A stretch of 63,095 nt of DNA, filler included, from Saprolegnia diclina VS20 (GCF_000281045.1; 4 parts of 2 records of this genome joined end to end with filler, not necessarily neighbours in it), one strand, 5' to 3'; shown: positions 24,724 to 37,538, numbered from the whole stretch's first letter. A program made the numbers and translations. The notes: a model not told the origin generated them from the letters alone.

Positions 24724-26650
24724 TTGAGCAACCTCATGGTATTTTCTACGACAACTGGCGCATTCGTCAGTCGTCGATCTCGCTCCTTGGCGACTTGGTG
24801 TACTACGTTATGCCCGAGGTCGGCCCGATCCTGCGCGCGGGCCTCGACTCGATCAACTCCGCCGGCATGCGTTAGGGCTACTGCTTGGGTCTTGCCGAGG
24901 TCATCCAGTTCTCGCCCAAAAAGCAGCTCGAAGGTTTCGTGGAGAGGCTTGTCGTGGCGCTCGAAGACGCTCTTTACGACGCACTGCCCGAGGTCCGCCA
25001 CGCGGCTCGTGATGCGTTTGATGTCATCCACAAGACTATGGGCTACCGCTCGATCGACGAACTCATCCCGCGCCTCCTCAAGCGCATCACGTGGGTAAAC
25101 GACCTCGCCCAAGAGTGCTCAAGGTCACATCGTGCGAGGTGCCCCCGTACCTCGCACCGCGCCTGCTCACGACGCCAACGGCCTTGACAAACGTCCAAGC
25201 GATCGTGTCCGTCTTGGGTGCAGTGCTGCATTGCGATATGGACCGCCTCCGCAAATCAGCACGTTCAGCCTCTCTCCANNNNNNNNNNNNNNNNNNNNNN
25301 NNNNNNNNNNNNNNNNNNNNNNNNNNNNNNNNNNNNNNNNNNNNNNNNNNNNNNNNNNNNNNNNNNNNNNNNNNNNNNAAAGATGATGAGATTGTGCGCG
25401 ACCACGTCGACGACCATTTCACGCGGCGCCGGGTCTCACGGATGCGTACAGGCCAAGCTTCACGCCGCATCGCATCTTGGGCGCGCAGTGTGCTATTGTG
25501 ACGCTTCGCGAAGCGCTCCTCTTGAGCAACAGCATTCAGTCGCACGTGGCCACGACGCTCGAGACACCAACAATTACCAACGTTTAAAGCGGCGACGCCG
25601 ACATTGACTGCGCGCGGACGACGCTCTGTACACCAAGACGTAGAAGACCATGTGGAGGCGCAGGTTTGTGAAAATCTCGCGCGGAAGTGAGCCGCCGACC
25701 CGAGCGCGACAACCAAGAAGGTCGAGAACGACAAGCAAGAGCTCGAGGCGCTTCGGCAGCGCTTGTTGCGCAAGAGCATGCTCGCGGTCACGCCTGCGCC
25801 GATCGAGTACAAGGAAGCGATCGCGGGTGACGGCCAACCTCGCGCCGACGTTGTCTTGCGCAGCTCTGCTCCGGTGCGCCCTTGTCGTTCGATCGTCGGT
25901 GACCTCGGCTTGCTCTCGACGCTCGTACAGGCTCGCCAAGCGGGCCGAAAGGCCATACGCAAAGCGCCATGTGACGACGAAGGTAAGGGCCGTAAGGCGA
26001 CATTGGCCGATGCTCTCGACGATTTTTGTCGCTCGCTTTGAAAATGGCGCCGAGAACGAGCCGCATCTCGCCGCTTTCGGACGCGCCCGCTGCGGCGCTG
26101 GCTAACGGCATGCAGCAGTTTCCCGACACGATTGCGTCGACGCTCATGGCCAAGTGCGATGCGTTTGGCGCACCGGTCATGTGCCGCCACAATGACATGG
26201 AGGCTGACAGAGGCATGCTGGCGCACCTCGGCGCGTGCATGGAGCATGCGCCACGACAGAGATCCTCTCGCGCGACCACGTCATGAGCTTTTTCTCTCGG
26301 TTTGTATCACCAACATGCAAGACCCGAACCGCAAGACGACGGACGATATGCAAGCGCTACAGTCGATGAAGTTTGTGCACTTGATCAAAGCGCCATTGTT
26401 TGCGCTTGTGATGTACATGCTTTTGCACGGCTTGACAGACCGCATCTCGGAGACGAAGAAGGCTGCACTTATTTTCGACAACATGTGCTCGATGGTCAAC
26501 GACGCCAAGGACCTCACGCTGTACCTCGTCACCATCTGCCGGCAGACGCTGCTGCTCGCTCGATTCCTGAGTGCCGCACTGTTTTGTCCAAAGCCCGTGG
26601 TATGCTCGCCAAGGGCCAGAGCCACTTCGCGCACCTCGTGCCACGGGTAG
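24724..26650 (+). pseudogene. GCN1: GCN1 (HEAT-repeat translational activator) fragments
   Basis: 'GIFYDNWRIRQSSISLLGDL', 'R*GYCLGLAEV' (in-frame TAG 24873-24875), 'EVRHAARDAFDVIHKTMG', 'PYLAPRLLTTP', 'KFVHLIKAP…DRISETKKAA…NMCSMV'. Deletions, a stop and out-of-order segments. Confidence 0.75.
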
Positions 26651-27090
26651 CAAGNNNNNNNNNNNNNNNNNNNNNNNNNNNNNNNNNNNNNNNNNNNNNN
26701 NNNNNNNNNNNNNNNNNNNNNNNNNNNNNNNNNNNNNNNNNNNNNNNNNNNNNNNNNNNNNNNNNNNNNNNNNNNNNNNNNNNNNNNNNNNNNNNNNNNN
26801 NNNNNNNNNNNNNNNNNNNNNNNNNNNNNNNNNNNNNNNNNNNNNNNNNNNNNNNNNNNNNNNNNNNNNNNNNNNNNNNNNNNNNNNNNNNNNNNNNNNN
26901 NNNNNNNNNNNNNNNNNNNNNNNNNNNNNNNNNNNNNNNNNNNNNNNNNNNNNNNNNNNNNNNNNNNNNNNNNNNNNNNNNNNNNNNNNNNNNNNNNNNN
27001 NNNNNNNNNNNNNNNNNNNNNNNNNNNNNNNNNNNNCTGCGCTCGTGCCGCGCTTCGCGCAAAAAAGTCGTTATTCAATTAAAAGATAGA

Positions 27091-27998
27091 CACGCATCAT
27101 ATAGTCGCAGACCGCTGTCGTCGTGTCGACCTTGGTCATCTGCAGCGTAGTGGTCTTGGTCGTCGCCCGTGCTACGTGGGGGCTTCTTGGCCTTTTTGCG
27201 CTTCTTCGCCGCTTGCTTGGCGATTTTCCTTCTCTTGAACGGCGGCGAGGCTGGTGCATCGTCGCGATTTTGCTCCACTGCATATTGCTCGATCTTCGTC
27301 GTCGGGGGAAGATCTATTCACAGCGTTTGTGCGCAGCATTATTAGTACGTCAGTAGATAATCTTGCATGCATGTACCTGTCTGCGCCTTCTTCCGTTGAC
27401 GACGATTGCGCTCGTATTCATTCCTTTTCAGACGCCGTAGTCGCGCGGCCTCGACTACAAAAATATGATTCGTATCGATTGGGCATTGCAAGAAGCGCAT
27501 ACTCGAGTCCGATGCTACATTGTGGGACGCATGTTGCATAGAGGCCGCAACAGCTTGCTGCAGCATCGCCGGGAGATCTACATGGCAGAAGGTACAGAGT
27601 CCACGTCGTCGGTAGGTATAGCTACTCGGCTCGACTGGCCCAGCTTTGCTGTCCTGACGCGGTTCCATATCTTCATCGCTCATAGAAGGCCCGCTGTATG
27701 CGCGCGCATCGCCGGAAAGAGCAGCTGTAGACGCCGCCACAGTCCCCTTGGTTCGCTGCCGTCGTCTCTGCCCCGAGGCGATCTTCCGCTTCAGCTCCTT
27801 GGTCTCCTCGATCACAGTCGCTGCTTCCAGGGCGCGTGCAGCTTGGCGCTCCCGCTGCTTGCGCTTGCGCTCAGCTCCCGAGACTGGCGTCCCCACCATA
27901 CGCGGATCCTCTGCTCTGTGCTTCGCGCGCGAATTGCAATTGAAACCTGCATATCGGATGTAACATCCGGATACGATTCTAACATGGCGATCTAACAC
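27091..27998 (-). other. Helitron-associated upstream segment with short basic ORFs; 27091-27185 duplicates 21953-22047
   Basis: Identical to the sequence just upstream of RepHel. ORFs with NLS-like tracts (PFKRRKIAKQAAKKRKK; ERKRKQRERQ). Confidence 0.55.
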
Positions 27999-28612
27999 TT
28001 TGATCTAACACCACGCGCAGTATTAAGGTCCCGCACTATCGCGCAGGACCCATCGATACCAAATGCACTCGCTACACTCGTACATTGCGCTATCGCGCAC
28101 ATTATCCTACCACGCTGCCATGCACTATCGCAAGTGCACACGCTACGCTCGGGATTAGCGCTGCGCGCATCGATGCCACATGCACTCGCTACGCTCGCGC
28201 ATGGCATATGGCCCAACCGCGCTAACGCGCGGACCCCAGCTATCGCTGNNNNNNNNNNNNNNNNNNNNNNNNNNNNNNNNNNNNNNNNNNNNNNNNNNNN
28301 NNNNNNNNNNNNNNNNNNNNNNNNNNNNNNNNNNNNNNNNNNNNNNNNNNNNNNNNNNNNNNNNNNNNNNNNNNNNNNNNNNNNNNNNNNNNNNNNNNNN
28401 NNNNNNNNNNNNNNNNNNNNNNNNNNNNNNNNNNNNNNNNNNNNNNNNNNNNNNNNNNNNNNNNNNNNNNNNNNNNNNNNNNNNNNNNNNNNNNNNNNNN
28501 NNNNNNNNNNNNNNNNNNNNNNNNNNNNNNNNNNNNNNNNNNNNNNNNNNNNNNNNNNNNNNNNNNNNNNNNNNNNNNNNNNNNNNNNNNNNNNNNNNNN
28601 NNNNNNNNNNNN

Positions 28613-30066
28613 CGCTTGCGATGAGAACTCGCTCGTCAAGTTGGCCTCGCGGTCAAGGTCGACGCGGCGCTTGTCTTGGCGCTTGCTGTGGGCCTCACGG
28701 ATGCCATCAACAAGGACGTCAACCGCATAGCGATGCGCGTCGTCAAGCGCCTGACCAAAATCGCCGCAAAGCGTGTGCGCGAGCACTTGGGTCCACTCGG
28801 CCACCGATTTTTGCGCTCATCAAGAGCCTCAACATCAATATCAAGATCGGTGCCGAGCGCGCGCTCTTGTACGTGCTCGAGGTTGCGACGCGCCCCTAGA
28901 CCCTCGCGGAGTACCTCGCAAGCGCCGAGCAAGGCAAGCTCCTCGTCGAGTACGCTCTAGCTGCCTGTAAACGCAACTCAAATTGCATATTCAATTGCAC
29001 TCGTATACTCTCAAGTGGCGACGGCAAGAGAGCTTCTGATGTTTCATTCGTTGCAAATGGCATGTGCCATATATAATTTCCTCATGATGCCGCAAATAGT
29101 GCAATTCGGCATCACTTTGGATACGAGTTTCGAGCGCTGTAGGCCGCGCACGACGGTGCAACTTGGTGCTCCGTGCTAAGCAAAGCAAACTTTATCACGG
29201 TACGGCGTAGGAACCATTTTGTATTTTGACCGACGTTGACTCGCCATCAAATCGCATCGGGAACGCGCTGCGACAACTTGCGTGTTATTAGCCACATTAT
29301 CTGTATACCCGGTGCAGCATCACCAGGCCGCGCGATCGACCACTTTGCGTTCGAAAACGAAACGACCAAACCTTGGCACAATAGTAGAGGACGCTTTGGA
29401 GGGCATGGAAAGCGAGGTCGCATCGACGTACGAGGCGTACAGCGGTCGCGAGACGCGATCCAAGATGCGCGCCAAACTAAGATCGTAGTGCCATCTGAGA
29501 GGCACGGCGCTCTCGAGACTAAGATCGTAGTGCCATCTTAGCGGCATCACGCCAGGACGCCAACGCCGCTTGCCGACAATATCACGTTTGAAATAGGATC
29601 GCCCGAAGTTGGCATAGTGATAGAAGACACTTTAAAGAGTAGAGCAGACTGCGATTCGTCATCGCTGCAGGCCTACAACGCGTGCAATGCTCGACCACAA
29701 ATACAAAGCGCTCTTAAACGTTAGAAATGCAAATGACTGCATTGGCACGCCGTAGGCGTCATCTTTTGCACTTGTAGCGACGATCTCCCNNNNNNNNNNN
29801 NNNNNNNNNNNNNNNNNNNNNNNNNNNNNNNNNNNNNNNNNNNNNNNNNNNNNNNNNNNNNNNNNNNNNNNNNNNNNNNNNNNNNNNNNNNNNNNNNNNN
29901 NNNNNNNNNNNNNNNNNNNNNNNNNNNNNNNNNNNNNNNNNNNNNNNNNNNNNNNNNNNNNNNNNCCGAGCAAGGCAAGCTCCTCGTCGAGTACGCCCGC
30001 CGTGTTCCCTCCAATCTCATGCTCAAGCTCAACGAAGACGACAGTGACGACGAAGGCGCCGAGTAG
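28613..30066 (+). pseudogene. Probable GCN1 C-terminal fragments (two overlapping copies, 28613-28960 and 29966-30066)
   Basis: HEAT-like 'IKSLNINIKIGAERALLYVL' and a duplicated 'AEQGKLLVEYA…' ending in acidic 'LKLNEDDSDDE'. Frameshifted. Confidence 0.5.
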
Positions 30067-30450
30067 AAACCATTGCGTCCTAGCTGCCTATAAACGCAAC
30101 TCAAATAGCATATCCAATTGCACTCGTACACTCTCAAGTCGCTTACGGAGCTTGCCGACGGCGAGTGAGCATGCTGTTGTGTTTCCGTCCTTATAAATGG
30201 CATGTGCCATGTAAAAGCTGGTTACGATGCCGCAAATAGTGCAATTCGGCATCACTTTGGATACGAGTTTCGAGCACTGAAGGCCGCGCACGACGGGGCA
30301 GCTTGGTGCTCCGTGCTACAAAGCAAAATTTATCACGGTACGACGTAGGAGCCATTTTGTTTTTGACCGACGTTGGCCATCAAATCGCGATCGGGAACGC
30401 ACCACGNNNNNNNNNNNNNNNNNNNNNNNNNNNNNNNNNNNNNNNNNNNN

Positions 30451-30462
30451 TTAATTAATTAA
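30451..30462. other. Artificial scaffold linker TTAATTAATTAA (also 54322-54333 and 59451-59462)
   Basis: Identical six-frame-stop 12-mer flanked by N runs, present three times. Confidence 0.93.
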
Positions 30463-30836
30463 NNNNNNNNNNNNNNNNNNNNNNNNNNNNNNNNNNNNNN
30501 NNNNNNGTGAGTTGACTCGCAAATGTGCGTTCGCAAACCAGGCAAATTTGGCCTTCGCCCGACTGGCCATCGTGGTCCGCGCACGTCTGCTTGTCGATGG
30601 GCGAGTAGAGGTTTGGTCGCTTGCCTCGCTGACGCGCGACCGCTCCTTGAGCGTGTTGAGCTGCCAGCGGATAAACGCATCAGTTTGACGTCCGTCGTGA
30701 TGAATGGTCCTTTGCACAACCCACGACTCGTGAAACTTCACCAAGACAAGCGAGCTACCAATACACGCATGTGCCAAGCTCAAATCTCCAACTTTAAAAC
30801 GGACCAGTGCGTGTTAGTTGCATATCGGTGACGACG

Positions 30837-31115
30837 CTACGCAATACGACCGAGAAACTTGTACGCGAAGACGGCAACCACCATCGCGGCAACGCAGCTC
30901 CCCAAAATCATACGGAGCGGAGTCGTCGGTTCGCTCGTGGCGTCGCTGGGGGCGTTGCTCGCGGCGTCGCACGCATTTGGTTCTTCTGGTTCTTCTCCCC
31001 GAAAAGCTTTGAGACGGTTGTTGGTGTTGATGTGGTAATTGATCGTCGTGTCCTTGGTCTTGAGGTCCGCTGCCGGGCCGGAAGGGAACCGCGAGCCGAG
31101 ACCTTGGCTGGACAT
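30837..31115 (-). CDS. Small hypothetical protein with C-terminal hydrophobic anchor
   Basis: 92-aa ATG ORF ending in 'MILGSCVAAMVVAVFAYKFLGRIA', next to an AT-rich upstream region. Confidence 0.3.
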   Translation of the reverse strand: MSSQGLGSRFPSGPAADLKTKDTTINYHINTNNRLKAFRGEEPEEPNACDAASNAPSDATSEPTTPLRMILGSCVAAMVVAVFAYKFLGRIA

Positions 31116-32079
31116 CTTGATGAACGGAGCGCAAATATCAAAGTGGGTGCGCCGTCGAATACAAACGGACCAAAGATCGGGCGAAAGTTCGATTATATAT
31201 TATAAAACGTATGATTGTATTTTCTCATTTATAAAACAGCTTGTACACGTCATAGTATGTGTTTTAAAAAATGACGCCCAATTTATATGGAAATGATAAA
31301 TTGAAATGGAACCGCTTTTCAAGTGTTTTTAATGTTTGAGCAGCAGGTCCAAGCTTCTAGAACCCACCCCCGTCCCAGATTCGCTCCCGCTTCCCATGGC
31401 TCCAGCCAGGCTCCAGCACATGTATGCGTCGGCGACCTGCGTTTGGCGAGGCTCATGCATGCTATGTAGGCGACACGCCTTTATCTCGTGACGTCGCAAT
31501 AGCTCGTGTCCTATGGCCCCGCGTGTAAGATCAATATCCTCGGCAAGGCCGCCGCATCCACGCCAAGTCGATCTTCACGGTATATTGCGCCCATCCTCGT
31601 GCATCGCGGTAGCTCAGGATGACGCGCAAAGTTTGTGTGGCGGCCGAGCGGGTAGACGCACGGCGATTGCGACAGCGCTCTCGGCGTCGTCGTCCGCCTC
31701 CACATCCTCGTTACCGGTACCGTGTCACGGTGTACGTGTGGACTGAGCAGTTGTAGGATATGTGGATTGCATGGCGGTGGCGGCAACATCGAGATGGCAC
31801 CGGCGCCATGCCTGACACCGCGGCGCATGGAGAAAGGGTGCAACCATCTGAGCTCGTCGACGATGGGTCGCGGTCCCTGTAGCACGGGCAATCAGCGGGC
31901 TGTTGCTCAAGGCGAGGCTTGTCACGCCTTGGAGGTACCAGACTCATATACTGCGCGCAGCTCGAGCGTGAGGCCGTCCTGCCTGTCCCGTCCGGCGCAA
32001 GTGTACAGCGCTCGTTGGCGCTGTGTTAATAAGACCAGTGTCGAAGAACTTGTCTATGCTATGCTACACATACCTAGGG

Positions 32080-32850
32080 ACGGCATTGCGTCGGGCTGGT
32101 CGGTCGGCGAAGAAGCGACTTGCGGCTGGGTTTGCTTTCAGACGGAGCAGGCGCGCGCGGCAAACATGGATCCAGCATTGCATCCTCGTCATCGCTTTCC
32201 AGATGTTTGGTGTGACCAAGGTCACGCGGGCTGGCAAGCTTGCACCACGATCAACGCCTGGCAATTTTGTCAGCTACGACGTCGACGACAACGATCCAGA
32301 TCGCGGCTACAAAATTCTCGACCTCCGCACTGGTCAAGTCGCACACGCTCGAGCTCCTGTCATCTTTGAAGATCAAACGGTCGATGGCGACCACGTGCGC
32401 CAATTTCTCAGCAACAAGGCCAAGAGCTTGCTACCAAAGATGATCCCGCTCGCTCACCTGCCGGTCGTCGACATTCCCGACACCTGCATCCCTCTCGTCG
32501 AGCTCAAGGACAGCAGAGACGAAGAAGAGAACGACAGCGATGAAGAAGATGCCAATGAGAACGCGAAGTCGAGCGACGCCAGCGATGCATCGGAGCCAGC
32601 AACAGTTGGCAGCAACAAGGCCCAAAAGAACAAGACGTCCAAGAAGGCCAAGAAGGTAAGAAAAAACACGTACGTTTTACGCCCACACTCGCGCAAGAAG
32701 ACCAAGTCGTCCACCAAGAAGAGTACCAAGATCTACGCTCTTCTCCAAGAACGCGACCAAGAAGAGAAGGTTCCAACGACGTTCGCAGAAGCCATCAGCT
32801 GCTCAAGCAAGAACAAGTGGATCGCCGCTATGGAAGCCGAGTACAACTCG
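32080..32850 (+). mobile_element. Ty1/copia pol fragment (post-integrase SH3-like region to start of RT)
   Basis: 'GKLAPRSTPGNFVSY…GYKILDLRTGQV…APVIFED' and 'VPTTFAEAISCSSKNKWIAAMEAEYNS'. Truncated. Confidence 0.75.
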
Positions 32851-33289
32851 CAAAGCTCGAGCACAAGACGTGGAAGCAGGGGTTCCGACAGTAAGTGGGA
32901 AAAATGAAGTGTATATTTTGGACCTGGATAAATCATTGTGATGTCCGAGCACTACATTTCAATACTGAGCGGCAACGCTCGCCTATGATCTTGCCACGGC
33001 AGAGAGGGTCGCATACAAGTGCACGGCGCGCCCGACGGTCGCGGACGCCAGCCGCGCCGTGGTAAACGGTGCATGCAAGAGCGCGGTCAGTCCCAGTCCT
33101 TGCAGCCAAACTTAAAGCTCGCGTCACGGTCACGCCGACCGCCGTCGTGTACTGGACCGTGATGTGCAATTGAGCGAGCACGGCGTGGCGCACTTGAGGC
33201 GCCTTCGTAGTGCTGCAGCATCTTGGCGGTATGGCGGCGAAACTCGTATTTTTGATAGACGACTCACTTTAACAACAACGACTAGAACG

Positions 33290-34590
33290 AATCTCGAGCG
33301 TAATGTTCTTCCAGAGCGAGAGCGACTGCATCGCGTAGGCAAACTGCGTCTTGTGCTTGTGCGTGAGGCGCGCGCCGTTGCGGCCGGCGCGAATGTCGAG
33401 GGCAAAACCACCCGACGGCGACAAAAAGTACCGTTCGAGGTACGCTTGAATCTTGGAGATCGGGCCGCAGTTGAGCGCGATGTAGCTGTTGTTGTCGTCG
33501 ATGGACGCGAGGCAAGCCGAATGTCGTCGGCCGTCAAGTCCTTGGTCGCATAACTACGCAGATAACGTGAGCAATGTACGAGCACTCGTGGGGGTTGTAC
33601 TGGGCGACGAGCGACGCAATCGCCGCGGCCTTTTCCTGGCGCTGGACAGCCGCCTGGGCGCTCGTGTCCGAGATGGACCGGGTGGCAATCGGAACGTCGG
33701 CGTCGAGGAGGAGGTCGAGGCCGTTGCGCGAGTTGAGGCGACAGGCCAGATAGCGAGGAAGAGGATATACCTGGGTACATGATCTTGTAGCGACGCCCAA
33801 TCTCAAAGGCAGCCTTGAAGAAGACGGCAATGTCCGTCTGGGCGCGGTCCAGCACTTCTTCTTGCCGTTGCGAAAGTCGCTGGCGACCATCATGCCCGAC
33901 ATGACGTTGAAGAGGCACGTGAGCTTTGTCAGGATGCGCTCCACCGGCGACGGGTACGAGAGGATGTCGACCTTGTCCGTGTACTCGGACACGTTGAGCG
34001 ACGCGTCCAGGAGGTTGAAGAGCACGCGCTCCGCGTCGCTGAGGCGCATCGGAATGTACTTGGCGCGACCGGCCAGCACCTGCGCCTCTTTGGTCACGAC
34101 ACCACGCGCACCATGCGGCGCCTCGCTCGAGTCGTCGTCGTCGTCGTTGTCGCTTGGCGGAAGACAGACCTTGTGGTCCTTTGGCGTCTTGACGGTGCGT
34201 CGCCGTGGGCGCGGACTTGCCTGTGAAAAGCTCATGTCTTCCTGTGCCACCTCGGCGATCGAGCGCAACATGGTCGACTGCGACGCATGCTCGTCCTCAA
34301 CGTCGAGCCGTAACGCGTCCACGTATGGCGGACTCATGAGCCCAAACACGTTCGGGCTCATGGGGACGCGCGGCGTCGGCTCGACCTTGCCGCCGTCCTC
34401 GGCCTTGGCGTTCGCCTCGAACTCAAACACTCGGCTCTCGCGCCTTCTTCTTACCCGGCGTCGGCGCCGGGAAAGAGAGCCGTCGCGGGACGAGTTTGTA
34501 CGACGACCGGCGGCGCAGCTTCTGCCGGGGCGCGGCCTCGCGCTTCGCGTCATTCTTGCCGCGCGTGCTTCTGCGGCTCGTCATCTTCAT
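33290..34590 (-). pseudogene. DUF2009/UPF0652-family gene remnant
   Basis: 'RAKYIPMRLSDAERVLFNLLDASLNVSEYTDKVDI', 'FEIGRRYKIM', 'ARLTHKHKTQFAYAMQSLSLWKNI', spread over several frames and truncated. Confidence 0.65.
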
Positions 34591-35079
34591 CCTCAAGAAG
34601 TTTCCATTTCTGCGCGAGTAGGCCCACCTCGCGATACTAGTATCTACCACATCTGCTCATGCGACGACGACGGTACTAGGGTCATTGAGGACTATATTGT
34701 ATGAGGCCCATTGCATTTGGTCGACGACGTATTTATGCAGCACGCTCATCTGGGGCGCCCTCACGGTCTGCAGGCTCTCTCATTTTCTGCGCCGGATCCA
34801 CATTTACATTATGCGTCATCGAGCGTGATGCCACCGAGGCAGTGGCAACCGCCGCTGGCGACTTCGTGCGGATGCCGAGGTCGTCCATGATCTCCATGGC
34901 TGCCAGCCACACCTCCGACTTAATGAGCGCATGCTTTTTTGCGTCGAGTTCGTCCGTGAACGTGCAGAGGCGGACGCGGTAGAGCTGGTCCATGGTCACA
35001 AAAAAAGTTGCTTGGGCTTCTCGTCGTCATTGGAGTCTTCGTGCGAAGTCAGACCCATGTGGCATGGGTTTGCTTTGTA

Positions 35080-35180
35080 GGGCGCCCGCCAACTCGATCG
35101 CAGTGCACCCGAGCGGCAAGCTGGCGTTCTCGGACGCGCGCGACAAGACGCTCCGCACGTGGAACTTGGTCAAGGCGTAC
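35080..35180 (+). pseudogene. WD40 fragment resembling PAK1IP1/MAK11
   Basis: 'ANSIAVHPSGKLAFSDARDKTLRTWNLVK'. Confidence 0.6.
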
Positions 35181-35369
35181 ACTCGGCGCCTCGACCAGGA
35201 GGGGTGTTCCTTTTCCGACGGCGGCAACTGGTACGTTTTCCGATAAATTCACACAACCGCTTGCTAAAGCGCAACCCCGACGCCGGCCTCATCGACCTCA
35301 GTGGTCTCTATAAAGTCCGCCTCGACCAAGGAATGCGTGCCGCCGCCAAACGAGTCGATACGCTTTGCC

Positions 35370-35746
35370 GCGACATTGACAGTCTCTTGGCATCCACAAA
35401 GTACGAGGTGGCGTTCCAGACGGCGCTCGGCGCCGAAAACGTGGCGCTGGTGTTTTACACGTGCACCAACGTCGAGACGTGCTTCGTGCTTGGCGTGCGC
35501 CCGCCCGTGCTCTCGCAGATGATTGTGCTCTGTCTCGTGCAGCAGCTCGGGTCGGACCTCCAGCGCGACTTGGGTCTGAGCCTTAAGTGGGTGCAGGATT
35601 CGGTCCTCGTCATGAACTCGCGATACGGCGATCGCGCCGTATGTCCAGAACGTGCTCCAGGAGCAAGGCGCGCTCAACCACGTGCCCGCGACTCGCAGTT
35701 TGCCCTCGTGCACCACATTTTTAACTCGATGTTGAGTTATACCTAG
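35370..35746 (+). pseudogene. EDC4/Ge-1/VARICOSE C-terminal domain fragment
   Basis: 'KYEVAFQTAL…LSQMIVLCLVQQLGSDL…LKWVQDSVLVMN'. Frameshifted afterwards; no N-terminal WD40 region. Confidence 0.6.
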
Positions 35747-35792
35747 TTAAGTAGGCTGGACGACTCATATACACACGCGTGTTAAGAGCATG

Positions 35793-37060
35793 TCATGCCT
35801 TGTCGTGCCACTCCCAGATAGGATGGATGTACGGACACGCGAAGAATGCATGCATCTCCGTCTCGACGGCGCCGCAGCCATGGCTGCACACAATGGCTCC
35901 GGGCTCTTGGTGCTGGATGTAGTGCGTGCGCGAGTTGACAGGAAGCATCCGCATCACGAGGCGGAACCAGACGTGGGCGTGCACGGGCGCCGCTGCGGCC
36001 AGCAAGCGGCGCATGTCGGCAAGATACGTCTTGACGTCGTCGTTGGTCCGGCGCGTTGTCGACAGCAGCGGGTGCGGACGACTTTGTGCGGGCGTGTGCA
36101 TGGCCAAGTCGCGGACGTCGCGTCGGGGCCAGTTCTCGAAGGGCGTCACGACGTCCTTGATGGTCTTCCTGAACGGGTGACGTCATCGCCGGTGACGTCA
36201 TCGCCGGCAGCGATACGTCCGTGCGAGCGGTGAGCAATCGCCGCACCTTGTCGTCGATGGCACACACGTGCTTTTAGGCGACCGCGGTGTCTCGAGCTGC
36301 GGAGATGACGATCCGGCCTGCTCGGTTGAGGCGCATGCGCGGGGTTGTCAAGCCGTATGCGCGCTGCGATTTCTTTCCATGTGAACCAGTGGCCGCTCGG
36401 CGTCATAAAGTCGCGGAGCGCCCTGAGCCCGTTGCCAGCCCCGTGCAGGCACCATTCCCGACCCACGGCGTGCTTGACGAGCTTTGCAGCGTGTCGGACT
36501 TTTGGCGCCTGGCGTCGAACCAAAACGGGTGCAGCTTCGACATCTTGATCCACTTGGCGCCCCAGTGCGGCAAGTAGCACAAACGTCGAACGGGTGCGAG
36601 TCGCGATACAAGTAGCCCATACACGCGACAAACTGCATGAGGACCAGCGGCGCCCAAAGCGACCGTTCGTCCTCCGGGAGCATCAAACGTTGCAGCGTGA
36701 GAAGGCGCTGGGTGCGGATGGCAGACGCAATGTGCGGCATCCTGGCACCGAGAGCAACGTGGTGGTGCCGCGACGAGTGACGCAGCGACTGGTACGGCTC
36801 CGTCGGGTCGCGCTTGCGTCCCAGCACGTAGCGCGTGAGCATCTGCTGCCACGTCGTGACGGTCTTGGGCGGGATCACGACCACCGCCGTGACGTGCCAG
36901 AGAAGCGAGACCGTGACGTGTGTGTGGATGCCAAGAGGCGCCGGCCTCGCCCGGTAGCCCCAATGATGGAAGCTCGCGAAGTACCGGTCGGAGATGAGCA
37001 GCACTTAGTAATGCCGGGTCGACACGAGTTCCCACGTAGACGTCGAGAAAGCGCACGGGT
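35793..37060 (-). mobile_element. Degenerate non-LTR (L1/Tx1-like) retrotransposon ORF2 C-terminus
   Basis: zf-RVT-like 'CSHGCGAVETEMHAFFACP…IW'. Post-RT segments 'RFLDVYVG' and 'LLWHVTAVVVIP'. Multiple frameshifts. Confidence 0.65.
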
Positions 37061-37538
37061 GTGCCAGGAGGTGCGAAGTTGAGGATTGCCGCCGGGGCAT
37101 CGACCACGACGGGCGGCGCCTCTGCAGCGGCGACGGCTTCGGTTGGCGCGCGTTCCGGCTCTTGGGAATCAACAGCCACGAGTGCAGCTACCTCCGCTTC
37201 AGGCGGCGGCGCTTTAGCGTCATATTCGTCTGCCTCGTTGACGGCGTTTTCGTCGTCTTTCTCCCGGCATTGGACACGGCGTCTGAGTTGTCGTCAGGAT
37301 CAAGCGCGCCGTCCGGGTCGACCACCGCAGCGTCGGCCGGAGCGGGCGCGGCAGACCCGTCGGCGCCGGGCGCTCGTGCAGCTCGTGTGTGCAGCTTCAG
37401 GGGACCCCTTGCGCCGATGCATGCCATTATACCCTTGTGCACAACCATCGACGTCGCCACTCCGTATCCGTATCCGGATGTTTTTGTTCGGATATCCGCG
37501 AGAAAATCAAAATCGCTCTGGCAGCCTGCAGCAACAGC

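Noticed and set aside
28955..28970. CTAG at the start of the shared repeat as another Helitron 3' end
   Set aside because: No convincing hairpin; better explained as a deletion breakpoint relative to the copy at ~30000-30090.
30407..30506. TTAATTAATTAA palindromes (three occurrences) as biological sites
   Set aside because: They are N-flanked six-frame-stop linkers added during assembly. Adjacency across them is not real synteny.
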